Shown here piece after piece: positions 47,812 to 55,866 of a DNA stretch of 55,866 nt. This stretch comes from an uncultured Gammaproteobacteria bacterium (GTDB taxonomy: Bacteria; Patescibacteriota; Patescibacteriia; Patescibacteriales; UBA12075). The stretch is from contig CAYWNT010000008.1 in assembly GCA_964459725.1 (NCBI GenBank), positions 3,694-59,559 on the forward strand, written 5' to 3'. The translations under genes and the position numbers were made by a program. Every line of letters starts with the position of its first letter. Positions within the stretch are counted from its first letter, which is position 1. The notes below the pieces were generated by a model, which was not told the DNA's origin, ran no database searches, and worked only from the letters and a program-made list of their open reading frames with translations.

Positions 47812-49923
47812 TCAAGAAAATTTAGCTGCTAAAGCTTCTAATGATTGTTGTGACGGCGCATTTATGTTGCCGACAATTTTCGCCTTGTAGCTTGGTTTTC
47901 TCACCTTTTTTTTCATTGGTTTTGGTTGATTTTTTTTCTTGATATCAATCGCGCAAAAGGGGAAAACGGTAAATAGTTGAAAATGTGGTAAGTCAACAAG
48001 ATTTTTCACAATATGACAATAATACAATTTTTTTTCGTCGATTTCCATTGAGAAATCTCGATCAATGATGTATTTTTTCTTGCCAATTTGTTTTTCCCAT
48101 TGGCTTTCGTCAGTTTGTCGATTAACTCCTTTTTTAAATGACAACTTTATGCAGTCATCAAATCCAAGCAGCGCTTCTGCTCTTGTGTTGTTAATTTTGG
48201 GAAAAAACACAGGAACATTATACCTAGAATCAAATTCCATATCCCGACATTCATCTACGAATTGTGATAATTCTTTTAAGGATAACTGTTTTGGCAAGGT
48301 CATAAAATATGCTTCTATAGATGAATGGTTATGATGCCCTATTACCTCCCGAGACATTGAAAACGATAAATCATAATAATACGTGCTAAGCAGTATTTCA
48401 ATCAGTGACGAACAGAGAAATGACCGGTTGAACTTCTTGCTGGAATACTCTGACAAATCAAAATCACAAGTTAAAGCAGTTTCGTATGGTTTTTCGAATA
48501 ACTTACGAGAAAAATTTTGAAGTTTTTTTCTCGCCATTTTGGCTTTGTTAATTTTATTCTGGCGAACTTCTATTGATTTACAAATGTGTAAACAGTCCTG
48601 GATAGTAATTAATCCTGGATATTCCCCGGAAACTTCTTTGAATAATCGATTCTTGAGATATCTGCTAAAGAGAAAGCTCAAAGGAAACAAAGAATTATTG
48701 GAGTAATATTTACGGACATTATCATCAATAAATATTTCTGGGTCACTTGATCCAAACATTCTATCGCCGAGTCCGGCCAATGATTTTCTTTCGGTTTTTG
48801 CTTTCTTAAGTTTTGCAACAATTTTATGGTAAGTAGTTACCATCCTTGACAACAAGTCAAGTGTTATCATTTTTGGAAAAAGTGACAATGAACATTTCCA
48901 TGCGCGAGGATTGGGAGTAATTTTCCATGAAGCATCCAATTTTGCAATAAGAAAACTGACAGGAAATAGTGAGTTTTTATACTGTGTTATATTACTGTTT
49001 CGAAGAACACCTTTCGAATTACTGGATAACATCATATTTATGACCAGTTCTTGCAGCTGCTTCCGAACATTGGCGGCGTTGTTAGTGGTATTTATCCGAT
49101 TTTTCATCGTTTGCCAAAGTTCTACCCATCCATTTTGAGTAACCCTCTCAGGATAGATTTCACTCTCTAAGCTATCAGCCAAAAGACTACTAATGAAAAT
49201 TTCAGTATCATCATTGGCTTTTTGGTCTCTGGTTTTGTATCGCATTCCTTTAAACGCAGGATTGTTATAATAATACGTTTTTCTCGCAGCTTTATAATCT
49301 TCTATCTTTTGAAGATTGTTTACGCTAAGAATGATCAGTAAATCAAACCGTTGTTTCTGAGTCATCATGTCTGGCACAAAAAATGTTCTTGTGTTTTTGT
49401 AAAACTCCAACATGTCTCGCGCCCCTTCAGTGCTGTCGGCATATCTAAAAGCTTCAACATGTCGAAGGGTGTTCAGTATGCGTTTTGGAATTTTGACTCC
49501 GGCAATGTACTGACTCATCAGCCAAGATGTAACAGTTTGTGCAATTTCAGTCGGTCTTGAAGGATTGCCCGGTTTGTTGGTTTCAGGTCCAAAGATATCG
49601 GTGTAGTCCTTAGTGGCTTTTTTCTTTTTTTCCTTAACTTCATTAACATCAATAAGGACGCCGGTTTGGGCAAGGTGTTGTAATTTTACCCAACAATCTT
49701 CACCAATAAATTCTGTTGTAGAACCTTTTTTAATTGTAACTACATTTACTAGTGGGGTGTGACAAAGGTGACAATGTCCTCCCTCTTCAAGTGTTTCTCT
49801 GTTTATCACGTTCCATCCTTGAGCCGCTTTTTGCAAATCATAGCAATTGGTAGCACTTTTATTGGCAATAAGCAATTGCTTCTTGAAACTTTTACTTTTT
49901 GCACTCTGACTTTCTTTAGCCAT
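47812..49923 (-). CDS. 703-aa basic hypothetical protein with an N-terminal Cys/His cluster and four degenerate repeats
   Basis: Long ORF with AAAGGAG SD, own promoter and terminator; HCHLCH...IGEDCW. Confidence 0.75.
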   Translation of the reverse strand: MAKESQSAKSKSFKKQLLIANKSATNCYDLQKAAQGWNVINRETLEEGGHCHLCHTPLVNVVTIKKGSTTEFIGEDCWVKLQHLAQTGVLIDVNEVKEKKKKATKDYTDIFGPETNKPGNPSRPTEIAQTVTSWLMSQYIAGVKIPKRILNTLRHVEAFRYADSTEGARDMLEFYKNTRTFFVPDMMTQKQRFDLLIILSVNNLQKIEDYKAARKTYYYNNPAFKGMRYKTRDQKANDDTEIFISSLLADSLESEIYPERVTQNGWVELWQTMKNRINTTNNAANVRKQLQELVINMMLSSNSKGVLRNSNITQYKNSLFPVSFLIAKLDASWKITPNPRAWKCSLSLFPKMITLDLLSRMVTTYHKIVAKLKKAKTERKSLAGLGDRMFGSSDPEIFIDDNVRKYYSNNSLFPLSFLFSRYLKNRLFKEVSGEYPGLITIQDCLHICKSIEVRQNKINKAKMARKKLQNFSRKLFEKPYETALTCDFDLSEYSSKKFNRSFLCSSLIEILLSTYYYDLSFSMSREVIGHHNHSSIEAYFMTLPKQLSLKELSQFVDECRDMEFDSRYNVPVFFPKINNTRAEALLGFDDCIKLSFKKGVNRQTDESQWEKQIGKKKYIIDRDFSMEIDEKKLYYCHIVKNLVDLPHFQLFTVFPFCAIDIKKKNQPKPMKKKVRKPSYKAKIVGNINAPSQQSLEALAAKFS

Positions 49924-50073
49924 GACGCACGCTCCTTTTATGTGTTTTATTGTATTGTTAATGTTCTTTTTTGTAGAAAACCTACAATCATTGCATTATT
50001 ACATATTTTTTGATTTTTGTCAACTAAATTTTATAATTTTATTAAATATTAGCTAAAAATATTTTTTTCATTC

Positions 50074-50101
50074 TTGACAAATTGATATTTTTAGTTATAA
50101 T
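50074..50101 (+). promoter_or_regulatory. Consensus sigma70 promoter
   Basis: TTGACA-16-TATAAT; a divergent TTGACA promoter lies on the minus strand near 49995-50023. Confidence 0.75.
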
Positions 50102-50142
50102 TAGAGCAATTAATAAGTAGTTCATTTAAAAAGGGGATTATA

Positions 50143-50583
50143 ATGGCTGAAAATATTCTTGTCCAAATGTTAAGAGCAGGAAGAGATGGAGTTGAATTAA
50201 GTATTGAAGAAGTTCAGGAGATGGCGGTTAATCTAGAAGCAAACATGACCGGCAAAGTAAAATGCCTGTTTTGTGATCATGAATGGGATATTGAAGAGTC
50301 AAAGTTGTGGCAATACCTAACTTGTGAGTGCGGAGCAGATTATACTAATCCAAATTATGATCATGAAGCAGCACTAGAAGTTCGAAAAAAGATTAAATTG
50401 CCTGTTAATTGTTGTTACGATTTTTCAGAGGGTGTTCCTCCTTGCGTCAGCGAGTCGGAATATTGTGAAAGAGAATGTTGGTATGTAACAGATCAAAAAT
50501 TTTCATTCGTAAACGGAGAATGTCCAAATTGTGAAAGAGGTTTAAATCAAGAAGGGTATTGTGAAAATTGCGATGATATTTAA
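50143..50583 (+). CDS. Cys-rich acidic zinc-finger-like hypothetical protein
   Basis: CLFC, CECG, CPNC and CENC clusters; AAAGGGG SD. Confidence 0.7.
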   Translation: MAENILVQMLRAGRDGVELSIEEVQEMAVNLEANMTGKVKCLFCDHEWDIEESKLWQYLTCECGADYTNPNYDHEAALEVRKKIKLPVNCCYDFSEGVPPCVSESEYCERECWYVTDQKFSFVNGECPNCERGLNQEGYCENCDDI

Positions 50584-50611
50584 GATTTAAACAAAAGGTG
50601 TTATATCTAAT

Positions 50612-50908
50612 ATGCTCTTTATGTTTATAAAATGGTTTTTTAGAAAGCGGGTATTATCGCTCGAATAATAAGTAACAAGTGGTCATGTTGGCGTTACTTT
50701 TGAGGAAAGATTACTCTATGGGCTTATGTATTTACATGAAACTGGAGAGTATCTTGACTGGAACACAGAAGTTTCCTGTGCAGGCTCGCGTTGTATTGAT
50801 GGTAAAGCCTTGGGAACGTATTATAATGAAGATTCAAGTTTTCTTGTGGAAATGGAATCCTTTGACGAACAGCATAAAATATTGCGATCTCGTGAAGTGA
50901 TTATTTAG
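50612..50908 (+). pseudogene. Small hypothetical ORF interrupted by TAA TAA, or a 60-aa gene starting at 50726
   Basis: ATG 50612 is in frame with ORF 50726-50908 apart from two adjacent stops after codon 18. Confidence 0.35.
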
Positions 50909-50940
50909 TCTTTTTGCCAGCTATCGAATATTTTTGTTTT

Positions 50941-50980
50941 AACCCTTTCGAAAAATTTAGTTTTTTCGAAAGGGTTTTTT
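50941..50980 (+). terminator. Intrinsic terminator
   Basis: AACCCTTTCGAAAAA / TTTTTCGAAAGGGTTTTTT. Confidence 0.8.
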
Positions 50981-50990
50981 ATATTCAAAA

Positions 50991-51042
50991 TCAAAAAACA
51001 TAGCATTTGCATACGATCGTATGTAAATGCTATGTTTTTTGA
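50991..51042. repeat. 52-bp near-perfect palindrome centred on CGATCG
   Basis: TCAAAAAACATAGCATTTGCATACGA|TCGTATGTAAATGCTATGTTTTTTGA, one G.T pair. Confidence 0.88.
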
Positions 51043-51114
51043 ATATCTGCTTTTTTTACTGGTCTAGTAATTCGACCGGGTATACTTTCGACTTTATAGA
51101 CTTTATGGACTAAC

Positions 51115-52176
51115 TCAATAATGATTATAAACTACAGTTCCTAAATTATTTTCATTAGCCCTGGTAAAATTATCTCCTTCTGGAATGTTTGGTCCTACTT
51201 TTTTAAAAATATATTTAGCATCTCCCTGAGTTAGGTTGGTGCAGCCGTGGCTTTGTACTTTGCCGAACTTGTCATGCCAGTATGCTCCATGCACAGCGTA
51301 TGATCCGTTGTAGTACATGGTGTAAGGGACGTCTTTTAGGTCATAGGGCTCAGGGAATTGGGGAGGACCTCCGTCCATTCTTGTCTTTTTAAACTTTATC
51401 CAAATTCTGTTTACCCCTGTAATTGTAGGGTAAAAACGAGTGCCTGTTGAAATATATGTGGCAAAAAGCGGTTTGTCATAATTGAATAAGGTCAGCGTCT
51501 GCTTTGTTAGGTTAACATCAATCCAGTAATCTCCCTCCTTGACGACTTCTGGGATAGTGAATTCTTTTGGGGGTTCGGGCTGGGCAATTGCTTCGATATC
51601 CCCGCTTGAAATATAGGCACCTGGATAAGCTCCGCCATCAATCTTGTACCATTCACCACTATTAGTGGTGGTGGAATCTAGGACCTTTACTCTATTTACT
51701 AAATGAAAAAATCCAAGTCGGGTGGAGCTTGCATCTGGCTCGGTCATGACTGATGTATAGTCTTTGTTGATTTTCCCCCACCAGCCAATGTTTCTAAATT
51801 CATATGCGGTTTTTTCAAAAGCTGCTTTTTTTATTTTATTCTCATTGAACTGAGAAAGATCAATCGGAAATTTCTTCAAGTCTTCATTGGTTATGCCGAT
51901 GAAATTATTTTTTACAAATTCAAAAAAATCAGTAGGGTTCTCGGTTAGGTATGGGTCGAGGCTAAAGGTGTTTAGATAAAAAGCTTCCTCATTCGACATG
52001 TCAATAAAAGTTCGATGGAAGTTGTCCGGGTTTATATACCAAACCTCACCATTTTCTTCAGCTTGCAAAACAAATTTCCCTTTTAAGTGATTATAGAGAT
52101 TGTTAGCCAGAAGGGGAGCAGTGTTAGTTGCGAAAAATAAAATAAATAAAACGATAATGAAGGAAATTTTTTTCAT
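51115..52176 (-). CDS. L,D-transpeptidase (YkuD family) with signal peptide and SH3-like domain
   Basis: WIDVNLTKQ, ISTG...PT..G, catalytic HGAYWH...SHGCTNL. Confidence 0.92.
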   Translation of the reverse strand: MKKISFIIVLFILFFATNTAPLLANNLYNHLKGKFVLQAEENGEVWYINPDNFHRTFIDMSNEEAFYLNTFSLDPYLTENPTDFFEFVKNNFIGITNEDLKKFPIDLSQFNENKIKKAAFEKTAYEFRNIGWWGKINKDYTSVMTEPDASSTRLGFFHLVNRVKVLDSTTTNSGEWYKIDGGAYPGAYISSGDIEAIAQPEPPKEFTIPEVVKEGDYWIDVNLTKQTLTLFNYDKPLFATYISTGTRFYPTITGVNRIWIKFKKTRMDGGPPQFPEPYDLKDVPYTMYYNGSYAVHGAYWHDKFGKVQSHGCTNLTQGDAKYIFKKVGPNIPEGDNFTRANENNLGTVVYNHY

Positions 52177-52282
52177 AAATTTTTTGGTATTATTTTTTCG
52201 AATTTCTTTTCTGTCTTCAGTTAAAATTATATAACAATTAAATTAAGAAAAGATTAATTAAATTTTTTAAAGATGATTGTGG

Positions 52283-52313
52283 TCTGCCCTCCGAAGCCTT
52301 GGCGAAGGAGTGG
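52283..52313 (-). repeat. Intergenic GC-rich hairpin element of the CTTCG...GCT...GGGCAG type
   Basis: Minus strand CCACTCCTTCGCCAAGGCTTCGGAGGGCAGA, an isolated GC island in AT-rich DNA. Confidence 0.75.
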
Positions 52314-52322
52314 TTATCCACA
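52314..52322 (+). promoter_or_regulatory. Perfect DnaA-box match
   Basis: TTATCCACA; single copy, followed by about 350 bp of extremely AT-rich DNA. Confidence 0.4.
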
Positions 52323-52696
52323 AAGAGCGAAAGTGTAAATTTATTTTTTCTGTTTATAAAAATAAGCAAAAATTTAATAAATATTATTAAAAAAATTATT
52401 TTACTAATGTTAGCTAAATAATTTTTTATTAAAAACATAAAACTTAAGTTTTTTGTTATACTTTTTTATTTGTCTTAAACTAGTTAAAAATGGTATAATA
52501 AAGAGGAAATCAGCTTATTAAAAAAGAGAAATAAATTGAATAAAAAATAAAAATAAAATTAATATTTTAAACTAATATTAAATAATAAAAATCAAAAAAA
52601 TAAAAGAAAAATAAAATTTTTCAACTAAAAAAATAAAATACAAAAAACAAAAATAAAATTCGAAATTCTATAAAATAAAATTTGAATTTTATACCC

Positions 52697-55600
52697 ATGC
52701 TTGTCGGGAAATTTTGTAAAAAATTTTTAAATATTTTTAAATATTCACGATGGAGTCAGTTGAGGCGTTTGATGCTTAACTGGCGTTTTGTTTTTTTTGG
52801 AATATTAATTTTTGTTATTTTTGGAGTTTATCCTTATAGTTTTTTAAAAAAATCAATCAAGGCAATAAAGGGAGTTGATTCTGCAGTGGTGAGCCTCTAT
52901 GCAGACAAGGCAGCGTTAGTCGGTGAAGTTGAGGACGGATACAAAGTGGGCTGGTGGAATGTTGGTAACTCAATCGGAGAACCTGAGCTTGGACCAAATG
53001 ATGATTTACTATTTTTCAATGATGCTAATTCTGTTTTTTATTCAGGCGGAAATTACAGCATGGTGCTGGGTGATTTTTCTCCAGCTGAAGAATATGTGTC
53101 AATAGCAAATGAAGAGGATGAGGAAACTCAAGAAAGCTATGATATTGTCGAGGTGGTTGATGAAAATGAATTTGATAATGAGTCTGCTACTTCTTCCTTG
53201 GCTACTTCTACTACTGCTACTTCAACCAGTATAAGCACTGCTACTACTACAGCCTCAACATCCCCGGAAATTCAGGTTGAAGTGGAGGACGATGAGATTG
53301 TTGATGAAAGTATTGGAAATAGTGAAGATCCTTCGGCCACTTCGACTGGCTCTCCTTCGGCAAGCTCAGAGCAGACCCACCATGACGGCGGGCAGGTAGG
53401 GCAAGGAGGTGATAGGAGTGAGAATTTGTCTGAAACAGAACAGCCAATAGGCGAAGAAGAACAAATAATCCAAGAAGACATAGGGGGAGTTGAGGAATTG
53501 GCAGAGGAACCAGATGTTGAGTTCTTGGTTGAGGATTTACCCGAAGAGGGGAATGAGGATGCGGTGGTTGAAATTATTGAAATAGAAGAAAATGATGTTC
53601 AAATTCCTGTGGAAGAGGAGGTTGAAGATATTTCATTTTTGAAAAAATCAATTAATTTTGTAAGAAACATTGGTAGTGTTTTAACTAATTCCCGTGCTCA
53701 AGCTGCTTCAGAAAAAGTGGATTTAGAAAAATTTGGCGAACTAAATGGGGCTAGAATTGTTTTTTCTTTAGCCAGTGTTTATATAAATAGATCAAATAGT
53801 AGCTCTGATGAGGGGGGTGAAAATTCTTTTCCAGCCCCGCTAGACGTTGATACAACTGGTAGCGATGAATTCTTGGTCGAAGAGGGGGGTGAGACAGAGA
53901 CAATTTCGGAAGAACCTGTGCTGTTTGAGGCGGTTGAAGAAGAAGTATTGCCAGAGCCAGAAGTGGTCGAAGAGGAGGAAGTCGTATCAGAGCCAATAGA
54001 GAGTGAGACAGTGGAGCAGGAACCTGTCGAAGCTGAAGAAACAGACCTGATAAGCAGGATAAATAATTTTTTATTTCAATCAGTAAGCGCCCAGTCTGAT
54101 CAGAGAAATACCAAAATAATTATTTGGTATTCTACTCAAAAAGATCAGGGCACAACAAGTGAAGAAGCTCTCTGGCATGAGCTGGGCAGAATTAGTAGTG
54201 GAAATATTTCCAATGCTCTAAACGGCGGTTATTTTGAGTATGATGCGCCGTTTTTGGATAGTTGGGAAAAAATTGAAAATTTACGTATAAAGCTGGAAGG
54301 TGTAACCGGCGACGATGATAATTATATTTTTTACCTTGATTCAGTCTGGGTAGATGCAGAGTATGATCCCGCTGAAGAAGCGCCGGAAAAAGAAGAGGAT
54401 CGCAGGAAGAGATGGGAGGAGGCCTTGGAGTTGTTGTCAGAAAAACAAGATTTTAAATTAGATGAAAAAGGAGAACTTAGATTTAAATACAAAAAAAACA
54501 AAGAGAGGCTGCTCGAGGCTATTGGTGAATTTTTTGGACTTTCAAACTATTGGAGTGATGTAAATCTAAAGGCCGAACTTCGGGGTCGCAAGGGTGAAAA
54601 GCTTGACCTACCTCTTGATATTGTCTTTGAAGAAGATGGTGGATTTACTTTGAACTTGCCAGACTTGCCTCGTGATTTCCAGCCAGGTGAATATAGTATT
54701 GAATTCACAATTGAAGATAATTCGGGGGAGAATCCTGAAGTGATTACTCTAACTCAGGACTTTACTTGGGGAGTTATCGCTATGAATTTTAACAAAAGTA
54801 TTTATTCTATGGACGAAAAGGGCTATATCCAGATGGCTGTACTTGATGATTATGGGCATACAATATGTGATGCTGAGTTGAATCTGGAAATTATCGGACC
54901 GGGAGGAGCTATCGAGAGTTTAAGCACAGAGTCAGGTGATATTGAGCTAAGTGAATATTGCGGTCCGAAATCAATTACTAACGTACCGGATTATTTCATC
55001 TATTATGATTTTAAAAAGGAGGGGGATTATCAGTTTGAGTTAACCGCTGATACTAAAAATGGAACTAGAGTGATCCATGACTTTGTTGAGGTGAGAAAAG
55101 GTGTGGAGATTTTTGATATTGAGCGCACCGGAGCGACCAGGATTAACCCAAAGGCTGATTATGTTATGACTATTAGATTGACCGCGAATGAGGATTATCG
55201 TGGTGACATAACAGAGTATGTGCCAAGTGAATTTAAAATTACCCACACTTCGCTGATGCTTCTAGGGGCAGGCTCTTTAGAACGTGATCCTTTTGGTAGT
55301 AACTACAAATATTATGAGGATAATCAAGAAGGTGAGAAAATTCTTGTTTGGCAAGATGTTGATTTGAGAGAGGGGGATGTTCTGGAAATGAAATATACTT
55401 ATGACGCTCCTGATATTTCTCCAGAGTTTTATTTGCTAGGACCTCTTCGACTGAGCTCCCTCCAGGAAGGCGGGCAGGCAGGGCAGGCCCTTGATCAAAA
55501 CGGTATATTTGAGGAAAGTCGTTCTTGGCAGATAGCGTCAGACGCGGTTAGTAAAAGAGCGAAAACTGTTATGTTTTATGCCGGACAATACAATGGCGGA

Positions 55601-55866
55601 GCAACGGCTGGCAATTCTACTAACGTACAATACACTCTATCTGATTTTAATTTTCGTTTAGCAGAATCCGGGGTGGATATTAAAAATGCCTATATTCTTT
55701 TTGAAGCACAGATTGAAGCTTATACAAACGGGTCTGGGAATTACACGGGTTATGACCTTGGGTTTGATGCTTGTTCAGGCGCGTCTTGTCCGCCTTCGGC
55801 ATTTATAGGAGACAATGTGCAGCAGAATGACACAAGCGTACTTGCCTATAATGAGGGCGAGTCAAC
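52697..55866 (+). CDS. Giant exported acidic surface protein, 3'-truncated (>1056 aa); missing from the ORF track because it has no stop in the window
   Basis: The frame from ATG 52697 (alternative 52772) matches the reading frame at the window end. N-terminal TM, Glu-rich linkers, ATSS/ATST tracts, QDFTWGVIA.N.NKS and FEE.R.WQIASDA segments. Confidence 0.85.
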   Translation, partial: MLVGKFCKKFLNIFKYSRWSQLRRLMLNWRFVFFGILIFVIFGVYPYSFLKKSIKAIKGVDSAVVSLYADKAALVGEVEDGYKVGWWNVGNSIGEPELGPNDDLLFFNDANSVFYSGGNYSMVLGDFSPAEEYVSIANEEDEETQESYDIVEVVDENEFDNESATSSLATSTTATSTSISTATTTASTSPEIQVEVEDDEIVDESIGNSEDPSATSTGSPSASSEQTHHDGGQVGQGGDRSENLSETEQPIGEEEQIIQEDIGGVEELAEEPDVEFLVEDLPEEGNEDAVVEIIEIEENDVQIPVEEEVEDISFLKKSINFVRNIGSVLTNSRAQAASEKVDLEKFGELNGARIVFSLASVYINRSNSSSDEGGENSFPAPLDVDTTGSDEFLVEEGGETETISEEPVLFEAVEEEVLPEPEVVEEEEVVSEPIESETVEQEPVEAEETDLISRINNFLFQSVSAQSDQRNTKIIIWYSTQKDQGTTSEEALWHELGRISSGNISNALNGGYFEYDAPFLDSWEKIENLRIKLEGVTGDDDNYIFYLDSVWVDAEYDPAEEAPEKEEDRRKRWEEALELLSEKQDFKLDEKGELRFKYKKNKERLLEAIGEFFGLSNYWSDVNLKAELRGRKGEKLDLPLDIVFEEDGGFTLNLPDLPRDFQPGEYSIEFTIEDNSGENPEVITLTQDFTWGVIAMNFNKSIYSMDEKGYIQMAVLDDYGHTICDAELNLEIIGPGGAIESLSTESGDIELSEYCGPKSITNVPDYFIYYDFKKEGDYQFELTADTKNGTRVIHDFVEVRKGVEIFDIERTGATRINPKADYVMTIRLTANEDYRGDITEYVPSEFKITHTSLMLLGAGSLERDPFGSNYKYYEDNQEGEKILVWQDVDLREGDVLEMKYTYDAPDISPEFYLLGPLRLSSLQEGGQAGQALDQNGIFEESRSWQIASDAVSKRAKTVMFYAGQYNGGATAGNSTNVQYTLSDFNFRLAESGVDIKNAYILFEAQIEAYTNGSGNYTGYDLGFDACSGASCPPSAFIGDNVQQNDTSVLAYNEGES
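53337..53405 (+). repeat. Triple nested micro-element cluster (24+24+21 nt) in coding sequence
   Basis: CCACTTCGACTGGCT[CTCCTTCGGCAAGCTCAGAGCAGA][CCCACCATGACGGCGGGCAGG]TAGGGCAAG. Confidence 0.75.
55246..55272 (+). repeat. Degenerate 27-nt micro-element in coding sequence
   Basis: CACTTCGCTGATGCTTCTAGGGGCAGG. Confidence 0.5.
55443..55487 (+). repeat. Nested micro-elements (21 nt inside 24 nt) in coding sequence
   Basis: CTCTTCGACTGAGCT[CCCTCCAGGAAGGCGGGCAGG]CAGGGCAGG. Confidence 0.8.

Noticed and set aside
52923-55246. Short ORFs listed in the track in this region
   Set aside because: All overlap the long unterminated + strand ORF from 52697. Other short ORFs nested in or antisense to long genes across the window were rejected for the same reason.
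1-55866. Alternative genetic code (TGA=Gly, as in Gracilibacteria/Absconditabacteria)
   Set aside because: Long genes are intact under code 11, and pheS and nif3 end at TGA at the expected positions.

Overview
AT-rich bacterial chromosomal window using genetic code 11 (TGA is a stop). Gene content and style suggest a Patescibacteria/CPR Parcubacterium, Falkowbacteria-like; this is an inference. Both ends fall inside giant exported surface-protein genes that run off the window. The core is housekeeping: M16 peptidase, intein-containing UvrD-PD-(D/E)XK helicase, pheS-nif3-pheT, topA, recQ, dprA, pth, der, LCP, lepB, hisS, rpsU, yqeY, uvrA, rmuC, O-antigen-ligase-like, rubrerythrin-like, TrmH and an L,D-transpeptidase. 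Small accessory islets with their own sigma70 promoters, Shine-Dalgarno (SD) sites and terminators interrupt it. I see no tRNA, rRNA, CRISPR array, transposase or reverse transcriptase. The most unusual signals are sub-genic. (1) A family of 21/24-nt GC-rich hairpin micro-elements ending in CAGG sits in-frame inside core genes, and copies nest inside each other at a fixed position. (2) Two promoter-to-terminator units have no real ORF: one has a pseudoknot, the other is a long hairpin displaying an anti-SD loop. (3) Core genes are SD-less, yet rpsU has an extended SD. (4) A four-helix-bundle gene is framed by inverted heptamer arrays. (5) There are recurrent 36-52 bp palindromes. (6) The intein carries a GIY-YIG-like domain. 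(7) Several genes resemble diversity-generating retroelement (DGR) targets with C-type-lectin-fold ends.
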